Under the pieces are notes generated by a model. The model searched no databases. It saw nothing but the letters and a program-made list of their open reading frames with translations, and had not been told where the DNA came from. The position numbers were made by a program, and so were the translations under genes. Source: Raillietiella orientalis (lineage: Eukaryota). Taken from it: 64,000 nt of DNA. The stretch is taken from assembly GCA_036172245.1 (NCBI GenBank), contig JAYWIR010000004.1:6634001-6698000 (forward strand), read 5' to 3'. The stretch's first letter is position 1. Every line of letters begins with the position of its first letter. Below, in pieces: positions 10,398 to 22,499 of the stretch.

Positions 10398-12899
10398 AGT
10401 GTGACAGTCTGGGTTTCTCGACTTGCAGAAGGCATGCACCAACTGCTGACGTCGTCTTCCGGCCAGGAAGTTCCCTGGGAAGTTCCTGGAGCAGGAATGC
10501 ATCTCGTGGAAATTTCGCTTGCTCCCTAACAATCCCAACTGCGAAGCCCTTTCTTCGCTTGGCGAATGCCCGTGCATCGCGACCCACGGATTATTCGAAA
10601 GCATTGCGACTTTGTGCTGCAAGACCGAACCAAGTTGCTGGCCCGCAGCGAATGCATTCGCCCCGCATTCCTAGGGAGTCCACTCCCATTTCGTCAAACG
10701 GATTCGTGTGACCAAAGGTGCCATAACTACATGCATGCACGTGCTTCTGAAGCGCAGCAATCCCGATGCCGTGCTTCAGAATCCTAAAAATCATCAGATC
10801 TGAGCACTAACAGCGTCGTTCCTCAAGCGCCGATAGAGTTTCTCTCATCGAAACGCTACAGAAGGTGCCTTCCATTCATGACGCTTTTCATAATGATCCT
10901 GGAATTCCCTTCGAGACATGAAAGACGGAGCAAGGATGTAAACAGCGGCAAGGGCTTCTGTACGGTATTTTCACGCGTTCCGACGGTCCAGTACAGTAAC
11001 TACAGTGTACCTGTATGGTAGTTTCGCGACTCAGGTCCCGTGACTCTGGAAGGCACGATGCGGGAGGACGAATAGGGAGCACTCTAGTCCCCAGTCTGTT
11101 TCGTCACGGCAAGGTCTAACGTGCTCAAGATGAGGCTCAAGGATGGAAGATTTTGTGAGAAGAGATATTCCCTACCTTCGCTGGATGGCCCATGAGATGA
11201 TAATTATGCTTTCTACGGTCAGCCATGTTGGTGTGGCCAGAAGAGAGAGATGATTAGCACGGTGATTTTCACCTTGTCGATGCTCGTGGACCGGCGTCCC
11301 TTGCTTCATTAGCTGCCGCAGAAAATGATCTAATTAATTGTTTGGAGGGAATAAACGCATGTATCCTGATTCATTGAGTGGCGACTTGTTTCCGGGAACG
11401 AAGGGAATACAGACTTGTGAAACAGGGCTTGCCGAAGGAGGTTTAGCTTGTTAGTGAAAGACATTCTGAATCTGCACTTAGAGCAATGGCAACTCAAACC
11501 TCGCTCAGTAAAGGCCACTTCCCTCGTGCTGCCTTTCCCTCGATTGAATAGCTGGAGTTCCGGGAAGCAGTATGAGATTCCAGAAATTGCCTTCTAATGG
11601 ATTCTCATACCATCTGTTTGATCCAGTCGCCTACAACTTTACTCTTAAAAGCATCAAAATTAACTGGCTGACTGAAACATCCGAGGGTCTTTGCTCTTTC
11701 TTGGTGACTCAAGCAAGAAGTCGGCTTCCCTCATCTCGTACACTTGTTATTGGCGAGGAATAGGTCGAGGCTCCTCTTCTCGTTCCCGCCAGCCGGATTT
11801 TCATGCTCATTTATGAGGCCGTATTCCAGAGCACCTTTCGCGTTTCCGAGGTCGCTGGTTGCAGTGGGGGAGGGGGAAAGCGAATAATAAGAACCACCAC
11901 CGCCTGCCTGCATCCACCTAGCGTGGGCGCTGCTGCGCCCGAGAAACGCACCCACTTTGCCTCTCTTTGGTTCTCTCTCGACGCGATGGCTCGTACCTCA
12001 GGATACTCGAAAAGTCACAGGACCTTTGCTTCACGGGTCTCGGTTCCTTTAATTTGGGAGGGAAGAGATCGCTCTTGGAGCACGGGTGCTCGGGAAGAGA
12101 AATGAAGGAAAGATCTGCGGGAGTGAAAGTCGCCGTGACTTGCGAAAGACCATTACAGCTTTTTTGCGAGCGAGTTTTCCGAAGCAGAACCGAGACTGAT
12201 CTCCAAGACAGCTGGCGCGCCACCCGCGAACACGGATGGAGGTTCGGCGACGTGCCGTCCCGGGGGAACGTGACCGAATCGACCCCGAGACGCTCCGAGC
12301 ACGGCGGCTGAGCAGGAAAACTAGCGACGGCCAGCTTGGTACACGTCCCTTTCGCCATGGCTCCGAACTCATGCGCTTGGCGATGAGCACGGTAGGGGCG
12401 CGCTCTGGAACGCAATGGCACCTCATTGACCAACTCCCGCCGGCACCTGAGAGCGGCGGCAGCAGCAGTCGGCAGCGCTGCTGAAAAGTAAAACTGTAAA
12501 GAGATCCCCGGAGTGGTCCCATTTCTCTCCTTTGGTGAAGCCATTTTTTTGTTTTGAAACGGGGTGCATTTCCTCTTCCTCCTCCTTCCTCCCCCAAAAC
12601 AGTCCTACTTTCAGGCCGATGGCGTCAGACATGCGTCATCCACGAGGGAGAAAATGCAGTGTGGGCGTAAAGGAGGAATTGCAGATCCGACAAAAAGGGG
12701 CTGACCACTCTCATTATGGAAAGCAGCGGAGGTGGGGGAGGCGGATTAAACGGTGCCTCCAAAAATCTCCAATGACGTGTATCCTGAGTGCTTTCCAAGT
12801 GCCTGACGTGCTCTCTGACTCATCTCCTTTTCGGAATTGGACCCGTTACTTTTGCTCCGCACCCGAGCGTGGTTTCCCCCGCATCCGGAGGGCGAAAGC

Positions 12900-15090
12900 G
12901 ACAGCTCGCTGCGAGCGCACGTGGCGCGCGCGACCTCGCGTGTTTCCCCGGCCCGGCCGATGGGACAGGATCGGTCTCCAGGAGGAAGGGGACGAGGCAC
13001 GCGGAGCGAGGCTGAGGAAGGCATTTCAGTGGTGCTGGCCGGCAGCGGCGAGATTCGTTCTCCCTGTTGGGTGCCTCTTCGTCTGGAGAAGAAGGAAATG
13101 GGTCGTGAAGTCTGCTTTGCGGTTACGAAAAGGTGGATCAGCATGAATCGGGATGGAAATTCGTTCTGGGAATGGGCCGAGGGAAGGAAGGAAGGGGAGG
13201 GAAGGACGCAGCTTCCGAGCTGCTCGCTGATATACCGTTGCCGCAACACGAGACGAAGAGATCAAAAGTTTCACGGAGGGCGAGCGGGCTGGCTGCTGAC
13301 TCCCCCACCGGACGCCGTTCGCTGGTGGATGCTCCAAGAAACAGGTTTTTTAAATCCTTCCTTTTTTTTTTTTGCTCTCGGTTCAAGCTGCAGTTCAAGA
13401 TCGAGCACTCTAGAATCGGTGAGAGAGCATCCTCCGTCGTCAGGAGCGACTTCTCGCGGACGCGGTGCCCAGAGACCTTAACCTTGCTTCGAGCGGAGGT
13501 TTCTGGAAAAGTCCATCAGGCGCCGGAGAGCACAGAGTAGAGCGGCGGGGCTCAGCGGTGTGCGTCGCCGCGGAAGGCGTTGACCAACCTCGCTGGAGGG
13601 GCAGAGGAACCGTGGGGGAAATGAGCGGGCCGCTCTGCCTGCGCCGCAGGACGGAGAGCCCTCTGGGCCTCGGGACGGCCGTGGCGCCTGGGTCCCGAGA
13701 TCGACAGGGGGAGGAAGTGAAGAGAGGGGAGAGAGAAAGGAGGGAGGGGGTGGACGGAAGACGTTCTCCTCGGAGTGTCAGCGCGCTCCCTTCCGGCGAG
13801 CCGCCGTCCGCAGAGGACGCCCGCGCGGGAGAAGAAGGGCGCTTTGATTTATGCTATCGGTGAGTTCGAGAGCGCGATCGACCCGAAGAAGAATCCGCAG
13901 TCCCAACGCAGAGAGATCGCTACGAGGGTCGGAAGCAGACGGGTTCATCATCTCTGGGAGCGGCCCCACCTGCGCCGGTGTCACTGTCCTCTCCCGAGAC
14001 GGCGCATGTGTCAGTTCATCGATTTACTGGTCCCGTTCGCCTTCGCGTATTTCCCCTTCTCCCTCCACACACCCCCTCCCTCTCGAGACGAATGCGGGGG
14101 CGCGGTGGAGGCAGGGATGAGGAAGGGTGCTCGCATTGCCGCAGTTCCGCGCGCCTGCCGTAGCCGGCACCCCGCGCGACCCGCTCCGGGACAACGGGAG
14201 GATCCGCTCCAGGAGGGCCGGTTAGTCTCGGGTGGTCCAGGGCTGGCGGAACTTCGCCGGGAAGCGGCCGGAAGCCCTTCGCTCCTCCTCCGCCCGCGAG
14301 GCCGGAACGGGAGGCGTCGGTGCCTCCTTCCGGCACCTCGAAACGGAGGATCCCATGCTTCTTCGGGAGAGGAGCCAAGAAGACGCCGGCTCTCTTTCCC
14401 GACCTTCCAGGGCAACTTCGTGTTTCGGCAAACCGGAAGCTATCCTGCTCCGTTTCCCGGGGCAAAGGCTCTTCCCGGTGTGGTCCGCGCCCGGAATGCG
14501 GCGACAATCCCGGAAGCAAGGGAGCGGACATGACCTTGGGGCGCGCCTTCGCGTCAGCGCGCGGTCCTCTCCCCCGTTCTCGCCGCGATGCGCAGACCTT
14601 AAGTAGCCCGAGACCAGCCGCCACCGGTCTGACCGTCCCGAGGAGGTGCGCGCTCCAGGGGCTCTCCAGAGCGGAACTGCTGCAGACTCGCCCCCGACGT
14701 GTGATCCCGAGAAAGCAACAGGGGGAAGGGAAAGGGCAGGAATACTCTCGGTTCCTTCTTTCCGGGATGGCCTCACGAATGCGCGCGAAGGCGGCGGGTC
14801 AGGTCGCCAGGGAGAAGGCTGCTGGGTCGCCTCAGGACGCACCCCATCGAGGCCCCGTGCGGAAGGAGGCGGGCGATCGACCGAGGCACCTCCGCGACGA
14901 AAGGAGGAGGCGCAACGCCCCAAGGGATGGGCGATCCGCAGGAGTTCTCCCACCCGGGCGCGTCGTGTCGAGACGACCGGGTAATGCGGTGGGGTCCGAG
15001 GAAAGGGGGGTCGGGGAAGGCGATCCCGAAGGGCAGCGCCGCAGGCGAGGGCGTTTCCTCGGCACCCTGGCTGCCGTCGTCCTGATTCCC
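12900..15090 (+). pseudogene. KEAP1: Decayed KEAP1 (BACK + Kelch repeats; BTB not found)
   Basis: EVCFAVTKRWIS and AVRWWMLQETGFL (ORF 12837..13481; EVFHACINWVK, AVRCHSLTPNFL), LQFKIEHSRI..RCPETL (ORF 13133..13540; LQMQLQKCEI..RCKDYL), RTP..GALIYAIG (ORF 13775..14533; RAPKVGRLIYTAG), GCSHCRSSAR (ORF 13978..14163; GCIHHNSVER), further Kelch-like DP motifs to ~14710. Confidence 0.78.
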
Positions 15091-16045
15091 TGAAGGCAAA
15101 ACGAGGGAGAGAGTTGGAAGAGAGGGATGAAGGGCAAAAGAAAGAAAAAAAAAACCACGCCGCATCCCCGCCACCGAGCTCTCTGCCTCCTCCTCTCCTC
15201 CCGCGGCTCCGCCCTGTGCCCAGCATCCGGCTCGATAGCCGTCCGGTGAGTCAATCAGTGACGACCGAGGCGCCGATGCGGCCCGCGCGCTCTCATAAGT
15301 CCCCACCCGCCCACCTCCACCTCCTGCCTTTCTTTTTTCCTTTCCCCCTCCCCTCCCCCGCCTCCCCAGCTCCCCCGCCCCTTATCGCACGCGCTCTCCT
15401 TCGAGGACCCTCCTTTCGCCCCGAATCTGCTGCTCGGTGGGGGTGTCAAGAAATAGGAAAAAAGGGCAAGATGGCTGTCGCGTGCGCGCACGGAATGCTG
15501 CGGTTTCTCTCTCGAGGCACCTCCCGGGAGGATGCAGCTGCGAAGGAGTCCCACGCAACCGCCATGCCGCCGCCTCGAACGGAGACCCTCGGGGCAGCTG
15601 ACCCCTGTCTGACCCTCCTCGGTGCTCCTTTCTCTCAGTGTCTGTGCCTCCCCTGCCCCACACTGCCTTCTCCTTCCCCCTCGCGGAACCAGCCCTGGCG
15701 TGCGGGGCTGCTGGTCTGCGAGGCGGCAAGGAGGAGTGGGTGGCGCGGAGAATTCGGGAGCCGCAGCAGCGCAAGCCAATCCCTCCCTTTTTCCTGCAGG
15801 CGCCACCTCCCTTCAGCAATCCCCTTACACCTACCTCTCTCTCTCTCTCTCTCTCTCCCCGGGAGCATCGAGTGATCCCGAAAGGGCGAGGATGGCGGAG
15901 GCGGTGCAGCAGCCTCTGTGCCTCCGGGGAAGCGGACACGGGAGGTCTCCCATCGCGGCTCCTTAAGAGCGAGGGGGCCGAGGGCGGAAGCTCGGGCGAG
16001 GCTGCGCAGCGAGACGTCTCCCTTCCTCTCCCTCTTTTCCCGCAG

Positions 16046-16621
16046 CTCCTCGTGGGACTCTCCCTGGTCTCGACGGGCACTCCCTACCAGTACCACATCC
16101 AAACGGACGAGGGAGACGAGAGGTATTTCCGGTATCAGACGGACAGCGGTCAGTTCCGGCGAGAGAAGAGGTTCCGGAACGGTACGGTCGTGGGGAGCTA
16201 CGGATGGGTCGACCGGAGTGGGAAGTACCGGCTCTACGACTACGTCGCCGACGACAGGGGCTACCGCGTGGTGAGGACCAGAATCCGGTACGTGGATCCC
16301 TCTTCCCGCCGCGAGGCCGGCGGAGGAACGCCACCGCCGCCCCGGGGAGGAGGAGACCCGCCCTCGCCGCCCCCGCCCTCGACCACGAAAACAGGGCGCC
16401 CGGTTGGCCTCGGAAGGGCTCCCGGACTCATCTTCAACACCGGGAAGCAGTTCCACTACGAGAGGACTCTGGGCGACGGGACGCGCTCGGGAAAGCACGG
16501 ATACGTCGACCCCTTCGGCATCCTCCGGATTACGCATTACACAGCCGGACCGGGAGGCTTCCGGGTCCGCAAGGAGAACCGGCACGTGGGGACGGACTTC
16601 GACACCTCCACCCTGGACTGA
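16046..16621 (+). CDS. Cuticular protein with two chitin-binding R&R (chitin_bind_4-like) domains; terminal exon, 5' exon not located
   Basis: Acceptor ctcttttcccgcag at 16045, then an open frame LLVGLSLV...QYHIQTDEGDERYFRYQTDSGQFRREKR..GTVVGSYGWVDRSGKYRLYDYVADDRGYRV (R&R G-x-Y-x-W-V-D...Y-x-A-D-x-x-G-Y pattern), a Pro-rich linker and a second domain GKHGYVDPFGILRITHYTAGPGGF; TGA at 16619-16621. Confidence 0.92.
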   Translation, partial: LLVGLSLVSTGTPYQYHIQTDEGDERYFRYQTDSGQFRREKRFRNGTVVGSYGWVDRSGKYRLYDYVADDRGYRVVRTRIRYVDPSSRREAGGGTPPPPRGGGDPPSPPPPSTTKTGRPVGLGRAPGLIFNTGKQFHYERTLGDGTRSGKHGYVDPFGILRITHYTAGPGGFRVRKENRHVGTDFDTSTLD

Positions 16622-16824
16622 CGGCAGTGGCGCCACGAGGGACGTCCCTGATCCCAGAGCCCTCCCTTTCCCCGACGACTACGACTGCCCCCCTCCTCCA
16701 CCCTTCCTCCCGCTCCCAGGAACCGGAAGCAGCAGAAGCAAACCGCTCCCCGCACTCGGAGGCGGCGGACAGTGGCGCCTCGCCGGCGCGGCCACCCCTC
16801 CCCCGGCGGGCACCTATGGGACTC

Positions 16825-16830
16825 AATAAA
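16825..16830 (+). promoter_or_regulatory. Probable polyadenylation signal of the cuticle protein gene
   Basis: AATAAA about 200 nt after the stop codon in otherwise GC-rich DNA. Confidence 0.6.
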
Positions 16831-16959
16831 AGGTGGGGCCAAGACTCATCCCCATCACCACCTCCGTGGGTGAGACTGGGAAGGGGGAAGGGGAAAAGAT
16901 CCTGAGGGACGCACCCTGATGAATCTCCACGAGGACGAAGGACAGCAAGCAGACGGAGT

Positions 16960-17640
16960 GGCGCCGCCTCTGCGGCTCTTTTTAGGCACGAGAAGGCCGT
17001 CTGTCCTCTTGGACAGCTTCCTCCTTCCCCCCTATCCCCGACGGTCAGGACGCCTGAGGAGCGGCTTCTGCTCTCCCTCTATACATGATGCGGAAGTCGG
17101 AGTGTCCGGGTCTCCTCCCTTTCCAATGCCACACCCTTCCACCCTACTGCCTCTCCAATCGTCTCTCCAAAGACGCGGCTCCTCGGACAGAGGTGGCACG
17201 ACCCCTCTTGGGCTGGAGGCGGTTCCACAGTCCCACCTTCACCTAGTCTCACAGGCGCTTGCAGGCCGACTCGCTGGACGAGGCTGCGAGGAGGTCACTT
17301 GGGAACCGGGCTGATGGATCAGGAGGGACTCTGGTTGAGGTCGGTGGCGCCAACGCCGGCGATTTCCGGCCCAGTTCTCTGGAGAGCAACGGGGACCTCG
17401 AACGCGTGTGGGCGCGGCAGTAGGCGCCTTCAGGGCTTAAGCTGCGGGGTCTCCCCCTGGAAGCTCTTCGCACCCTCTGTCGCCCGCAAACCTTCGCCAA
17501 CAGGTCGCGCGGGAGAAGGTCAGCAGAGTCCACGGCGAGCGACCGCGCTTCTAGAGGCCTTCCTACTCCTGCAGTGGGCGCCGCCAGCCCTCGACAGGGG
17601 CTCCCCTCTTCGCCGCGCCGTGCTATCCAAGTCTCAGTTC
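16960..17640 (+). mobile_element. Highly decayed non-LTR ORF2 C-terminal relic; first ~280 bp homologous to 19165-19450
   Basis: DNA similarity to 19165-19450 (ccttccaccctactgcctctccaatcgtctctcca vs ccttccgccctactgtctctccgatcgcctctcca). Peptides PLRLFL, CEEVTWEPG and LERVWAR resemble PARLFL, PEEVKWLPA and LQRLWRR of the better LINE copies in this window. Confidence 0.5.
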
Positions 17641-18189
17641 CCTGGAAGTGGCATGGGGGGAGGGAGAGGAGGAGGAATTAGAAGGGCATTGCGCCCGTGT
17701 CTTTCTGTAAGAGGGCTTTCCTTGTCGCTTCCCCCCCAGCGGGGCCGACATCATGTCGCCCCTGCCCGGAATGAAGCAGAGACGCCTGGGCGGTGCAGCT
17801 GCTGTCGCCTCAGTGATGGCGGCGGCAATCAAACATTCCCTCCTCCTCCCTTCCTACTCTCCAGTCTGCATTCTCCCCGTCCGAGGGCCTTGTAATTAAT
17901 GAACCGGACTGGTGCCTGGCACCCGCTCGCGCCCGCCCAGCTGACTTGCATGCGCGCCATCCTGTGGTGGGCGAGCGCAGCTTCCCAGATCGCGCGCTCG
18001 AGGTACAGGCGGCGGCGTTCTTTCCCTCTCACGCCCGCCTGCAACAGGTCGGGGGCTCCGCCTTGGAAGCGGGGAGGGAATAGCTATTCCCTCCCGCGAC
18101 GTGGGCTAAGAGGCAAGCCGGATCCCAAGTGAAAAAGTGAGGCTGCCTGCGCTAGCATCGTTAGTCACCTCGTTGGAGCGGCCGAGGTC

Positions 18190-18800
18190 ATATGGCGCTG
18201 CCTCTGGGCCAGTGAGCGCGAGATAGAACCCCCCTCTCTCCCTCTTCCCACCTCCCGCGCCTCTGAGAGTGGGTTGAGGCGCAGTGAACGGAGGCGGAAG
18301 GTGGGGAATTCCCGGGACTGGAGAAGATCGCTGATAAGAGGAGCACCCCGCACGCACGTGACGATAGGTAGCATGGACTATCCATTGGACCGGAGGGTCG
18401 AAGCAGGATCCGTTTGGCCACCGTTCCCTTGCACGCAGTCCCCTGAGCGAGACACACGTGCTCGGGATACGAAAGCAGGACGGTGGACAGCGCATGGGCA
18501 TCTCGGGGGGAGGGGGGTGCGCTGAGGGAAAACCTTCTTACAGGACTGCGACGCCTTGAGCACCGGAGAAGCAGCAGCTCGGTAGCCACGAGGAGAGAGG
18601 CCTCTCCCGGGGTGACCTCCTATGATCTCGTTTTCTCTTGGCCCATGCGAGCACTTGGAGGATCCCCCAGCGAGTAGGCTGCAGTCGCCGGTTCACTTGA
18701 CCCGGCTGAACGATTCGCTACTGTCCTTGGGGGAGATATCTCCCCCGCCCCCTCCATCCGCAGATCACCGGCTTCTTCCTTCCCTTCAGCTACTGGGTTT
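18190..18800 (-). mobile_element. Possible highly decayed non-LTR ORF2 C-terminal relic
   Basis: EASLLVATELLL...RDAH (ORF 18188..18589 and upstream) loosely matches ETALLVLHWRL...LDAHC of LINE copy 2; weak. Confidence 0.3.
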
Positions 18801-19164
18801 CCTCACAGTTCCCTAAAGAACGAGGTTAGTCCGGAGTGCGGCACGGCAGGCAGTTGCAGTCCGAGGCATTTCTGCCTTCTCCTCTCCTCGCATTCCTTGG
18901 CCCTTTCGAATCTGGAGGCCCTCGAGCAGTACACAGATTTTCTTAATCTCCACGTGCCGCAAAAGCAGCTGATGATCCCGAAACGAAAGCGTGCTGCTTG
19001 TCTGCAAGTCTGCTGTTCTCTAGAGCAGTGGATCTGAAGCTAAAGCGAGACAGTTTTACTGCGCAACTAGGGCGCCTTCGTTTGGGGACACTTCTGGTTA
19101 CCAGAGGGACGCACTCTGATGGTGTTCCAGGAAGAAAGAGTAGGAAGAAGGGGGGCATGCATAC

Positions 19165-19450
19165 GAGGTGGCGCTGCCCCTGCGGCTCCAGTTCGGCACG
19201 AGGAGGCCGTCTCTTCCCTTGGACAGCCTCCCCTTGCCACCACTCCCGGCGGCCAGGACACCTGAGGGGAGGCTGCTGCTCCCACCTTACGCACGATGGG
19301 GAAATTACAGTGCCTGAAACGCCTCCCTTTCCATCTCCTCGCCCTTCCGCCCTACTGTCTCTCCGATCGCCTCTCCAGAAACGCGGTCCCCCGGAGGAAG
19401 CGCGACTCCTCCTGGGCTGGAGGTGGTGTCGCAGTCCCACCTTCGCCCGA
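19165..19450 (+). repeat. Dispersed repeat homologous to ~16965-17245 (probable LINE fragment)
   Basis: Collinear DNA similarity over ~280 bp, ending in gggctggaggtggtgtcgcagtcccaccttc vs gggctggaggcggttccacagtcccaccttc. Confidence 0.8.
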
Positions 19451-20340
19451 GAGTTATCTTCGTTTGGGTACACCTCTGGTTACCAGGAAGCAGGAGAGCT
19501 CAGAGGCTCGGTTTCGATGAAATTGGGGAGAGTGTTCCTCTGCACATGTTTGTTCAACCATGTTTCTTTCCAGTTCTCCTTTCTAGACTAAGGAGTCGGG
19601 TCCGAGAAATCCTTGAATGCACCCGGCAGAAGAACCGGCGCGATACTTCCTCGACCTTTCATGCTCCAGGTCAAGGGGAACTCTCACGAGGTCTCGTCTC
19701 CGAAAACCAGTTTCATCTCAGAAGGAACGGACGACAGGAAGAAAGTCGTCTTCGGTTTCGTGCCAACAAGCAATCAGCCTTGACTCTGGCAAAGAAAAGT
19801 ATCTGTCGGTCCAGGAAGTACCGGATCTCGTTTCCTAGAAACAAGAATACGGTACGATGCGAAGTAGATGATTGCGCTGCGAAGCAGTCGTCTGGAAATG
19901 CCCCCGACACCTTCCCTCGACGTTAAACAGGAAGGTGAGTGTTTTCCAAGTCTTGCAGCAGATTGAGAACCAAGTATTTTCTTTCCCAGAAACCAGGATT
20001 TCCGTTTCTTCCGATGAACATGCCAACGTGGAAGATGAACTCGCATTCATTATATGCACATTACTCTCAGTTACTCCCACAATTATGTTACTCAGCACAT
20101 TACTCCCACAATATTGTTATTGACGCTTCCACGAAGCATTTTTGGGATCCATTTTTATGCAATTTGCATCTTCACTTTAAAGATGTAAAAGTTGGGTACT
20201 CGGCTAGAAACCACGTGAGAGGCAGAAAAAAGTCAATCACATGAATCTTTCTCTTTCTCTACACTGAAGCAACAATATACATCGCTGAATAAATATGTAA
20301 ATAAATATAAAGGATAATATTGATGATATTCAATATCGGA

Positions 20341-22310
20341 TCAGGAGGCGTTGGAATCCACGAAGTACCTGAAAGTTTGTGCCGAAAAAAAGTAGTATGC
20401 AATGGAGTGGAAGGGTTTGCTGGTGAAGATCTCTCTCTCTGTTCCTGAAAGTCCGTCTAGAATGCAGCTGCTAGTGAAGGAGTTTGATTAGAAGTTGCAC
20501 AGCTTTGTGCTGCAGCCACTGGATCCCTTTGTCCATAGATTGATTGCCTTTTCCATTTCATTGGGGATCAAAAAACCAACAGTATCATTCAAAATGTGCG
20601 CTGCTTGGCTGTTACGCGATCAATTTGCCTCTTTCCAGACGTCTGGGACTCGGTTATCGCACCTCCGTTCTTCCGTGCAGTGCTCGGTGCTTCTGAGTGT
20701 TGAAGGTCGTCTTCTAACCTTCCTTCCTTCTCCAAACCTCCAGGGTGCGCAAGACGTTGTTCCTCTTTCTGAGATGTAATGCGTAGTTGGTGCATACATC
20801 CCAAGCTTGACCGATCTGGATTTACGGCTTCATCACCTTCGAGGTGTCGAAATTCCTTCTGTGTGGTTCTTCCTTCTTCTCAGCCGCCATTATTCGAATC
20901 TACTGAAAAGACGAAAACGTATCGCTCTTCCATGACGGATAACTCATCCATCACGGACTAATCCGTGTACCATGAGTTCTGACTCAAGCATTTTTGTTAG
21001 TCTTCTCGAATTTCCGCATCTTGAGCTTTTCTTTGTTCTTTGAGTGTAGCCAGTTTCAGCGGACAGAGCGGCTACAAAAAACTCTTTCGCGTTTCCAATG
21101 ACAAACATGTTTTTGCCGTCTGCCTCCCTTTTTCGCATTTAGACTCCGGGATACTTTTCCACGCTTCTCTCGACGAGGGAATCGCTTGCAGTTCCAGTTG
21201 ACGAGTCCATCGTCACCGGTTTCCTTGTTTTCTCTTCTTTCACCTTTCCTCCAATTCGTGTTTCCTTTGTCTTCACGTGCTGCTTGCTTGACTTTCCTCT
21301 TTGTCCTTCCAGGGGTTGTGAAGCGATTGGAAGAACTTCGGTTGAGAGCTGCATGAAAGCGTAGCTGTTGGGCATCAGGGGACTTCTTCCGTGTTTTCTG
21401 GAGGGTCCCGAATCGCGAAACTCTTTATCTGCTCAGGGAGCAAGAGGAAGATGCCGTGCAAATTGCGAGGCACGCAAATCAATCCCGAAGTCATCAGTTC
21501 TGAGGAGAACATGTAAGTTGCTGCCGATAAAGGTGAGGGAATGTGTGTAGGAAGGAGTGAAGGGGATGCTATGAGTAACAGCAACCCCCTGCTCTGATGT
21601 AATTATCTTAAGGGCAAGTATCTTTTCTAACATGGATTCAGAATAGGAAAGCTCGTTCGTTCGAGACCCAGTTGTCCTTTTGAGGAATTCAAATGGCTCG
21701 TCTGAACAAGAGAACAAAGCAAAGCCAAGAGAAAAGAGCAAAAACGAAAATCAACAGAGCTCAGTAAAAGATTTCTCAAGGATTTCTTAATGCCAGACCA
21801 ATACATGAGGAACATTCCCTATACATTCCATTGCCAATTTGCACTCCCCAAGAAAGTATACAGAACGATGGTCTCCTGTCCCTAATGTTGACTGACTGCA
21901 TTCAGCACAGGACAAGTTAGCTGTCTCAGTCTTGATTGGGATCTATAACGGTTGTGGAATGAATGAGAACCCTAGGTGTTCGTCCGCCTGCTTGGAAACA
22001 GAGGAAGTGTCTCCAGAGGTGACAAGTCTTTTCGTATACTTACCGGAGCACGTTACAAGCGACAGAGTTCTTGGCAACACGGAAATGAGGAGAGAACTGC
22101 GTGGAAACCGAGCTGCCTCGGTTTGGATTTTGAACGCGCGGGTTTCGTACCGGCTTCCACATTAGGAGAAATTTCTCCCTGGTTCATCCTGGAGATGATA
22201 CGAAGATGCGATCACAGAATCAGAGCAAGAGACTCTCCGAACGAATCCAAGAGACTCCAAGCCGAAACTGAAGATGAGGCAAAGTTCACCAAACAGACGA
22301 AGCACACAAA
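20341..22310 (-). pseudogene. PRC1: Decayed PRC1/MAP65/Ase1-family gene, copy B
   Basis: In order: SFPCCQELCRL (SISVCQKELNTL), EPFEFLKR (ORF 21433..21741; EEFVSIKR), QIKS..PENTEEV (ORF 21375..21584; QIRE..PEEEREAV), LVNWNC..EKR (LVQYWDQC..EQR), PLC/AETGYTQ/DAEIR/RL (~21075-21000; PFCAEDYTE..DAEIVRL), KAINLWTK (ARIELWEQ). Minus-strand donor GTAAGT at 22043-22038. Confidence 0.75.
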
Positions 22311-22499
22311 AGCAAACACATGTTTTACAACGTGCAAGAAGGTTCCAGAGAGCACCTTTCCTTCTGAGAGAGCGTCCCCTAAATCTTCTGTTTTTGAAGC
22401 TGAGTGGTAAGCATTCTAAAGCAGGAAGACAGGGAGCGACGCGGGATCTGTTTGTGAGCTTCACTTGCAAAATCCACTTTTCCTCAAGCAAACAGAAAT

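Larger units (their letters stand above)
5900..12860 (-). pseudogene. EIF2AK4: Decayed near full-length GCN2 (eIF2-alpha kinase 4): RWD, pseudokinase, kinase and HisRS-like domains
   Basis: In order on the - strand: SLEIFGG (ALEAIYGA), LARKKAVMVF..SFL/PEH (ORF 12049..12597; LAKKHCGEVMIF..SFLSEH), VWSFSLLLSRGE (ORF 9936..10154), IYI/QM (~8925-8940; YLYIQM), LIHRN (~8760-8774; MIHRD), KYNEVV..FTFG (AYNQKVDLFSLG), PPPILESDE (ORF 7850..8212; PPPQMEESE), FARY (ORF 7549..8196), LWRCSIP (ORF 6917..7300; LLHCGIP), VLEVLG..AGGR (6333-6344; VPEILAAGGR). Many indels and stops. Confidence 0.88.

Noticed and set aside
11000..11860. Myosin-like GNAK and SRNYH motifs on -
   Set aside because: Spacing is inconsistent and the region lies between the GCN2 RWD and pseudokinase blocks.
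13775..16905. Many 200-330 aa overlapping ORFs on both strands
   Set aside because: Arg/Pro/Gly-rich shadow ORFs of very GC-rich DNA; only the cuticle exon and KEAP1 fragments show homology.
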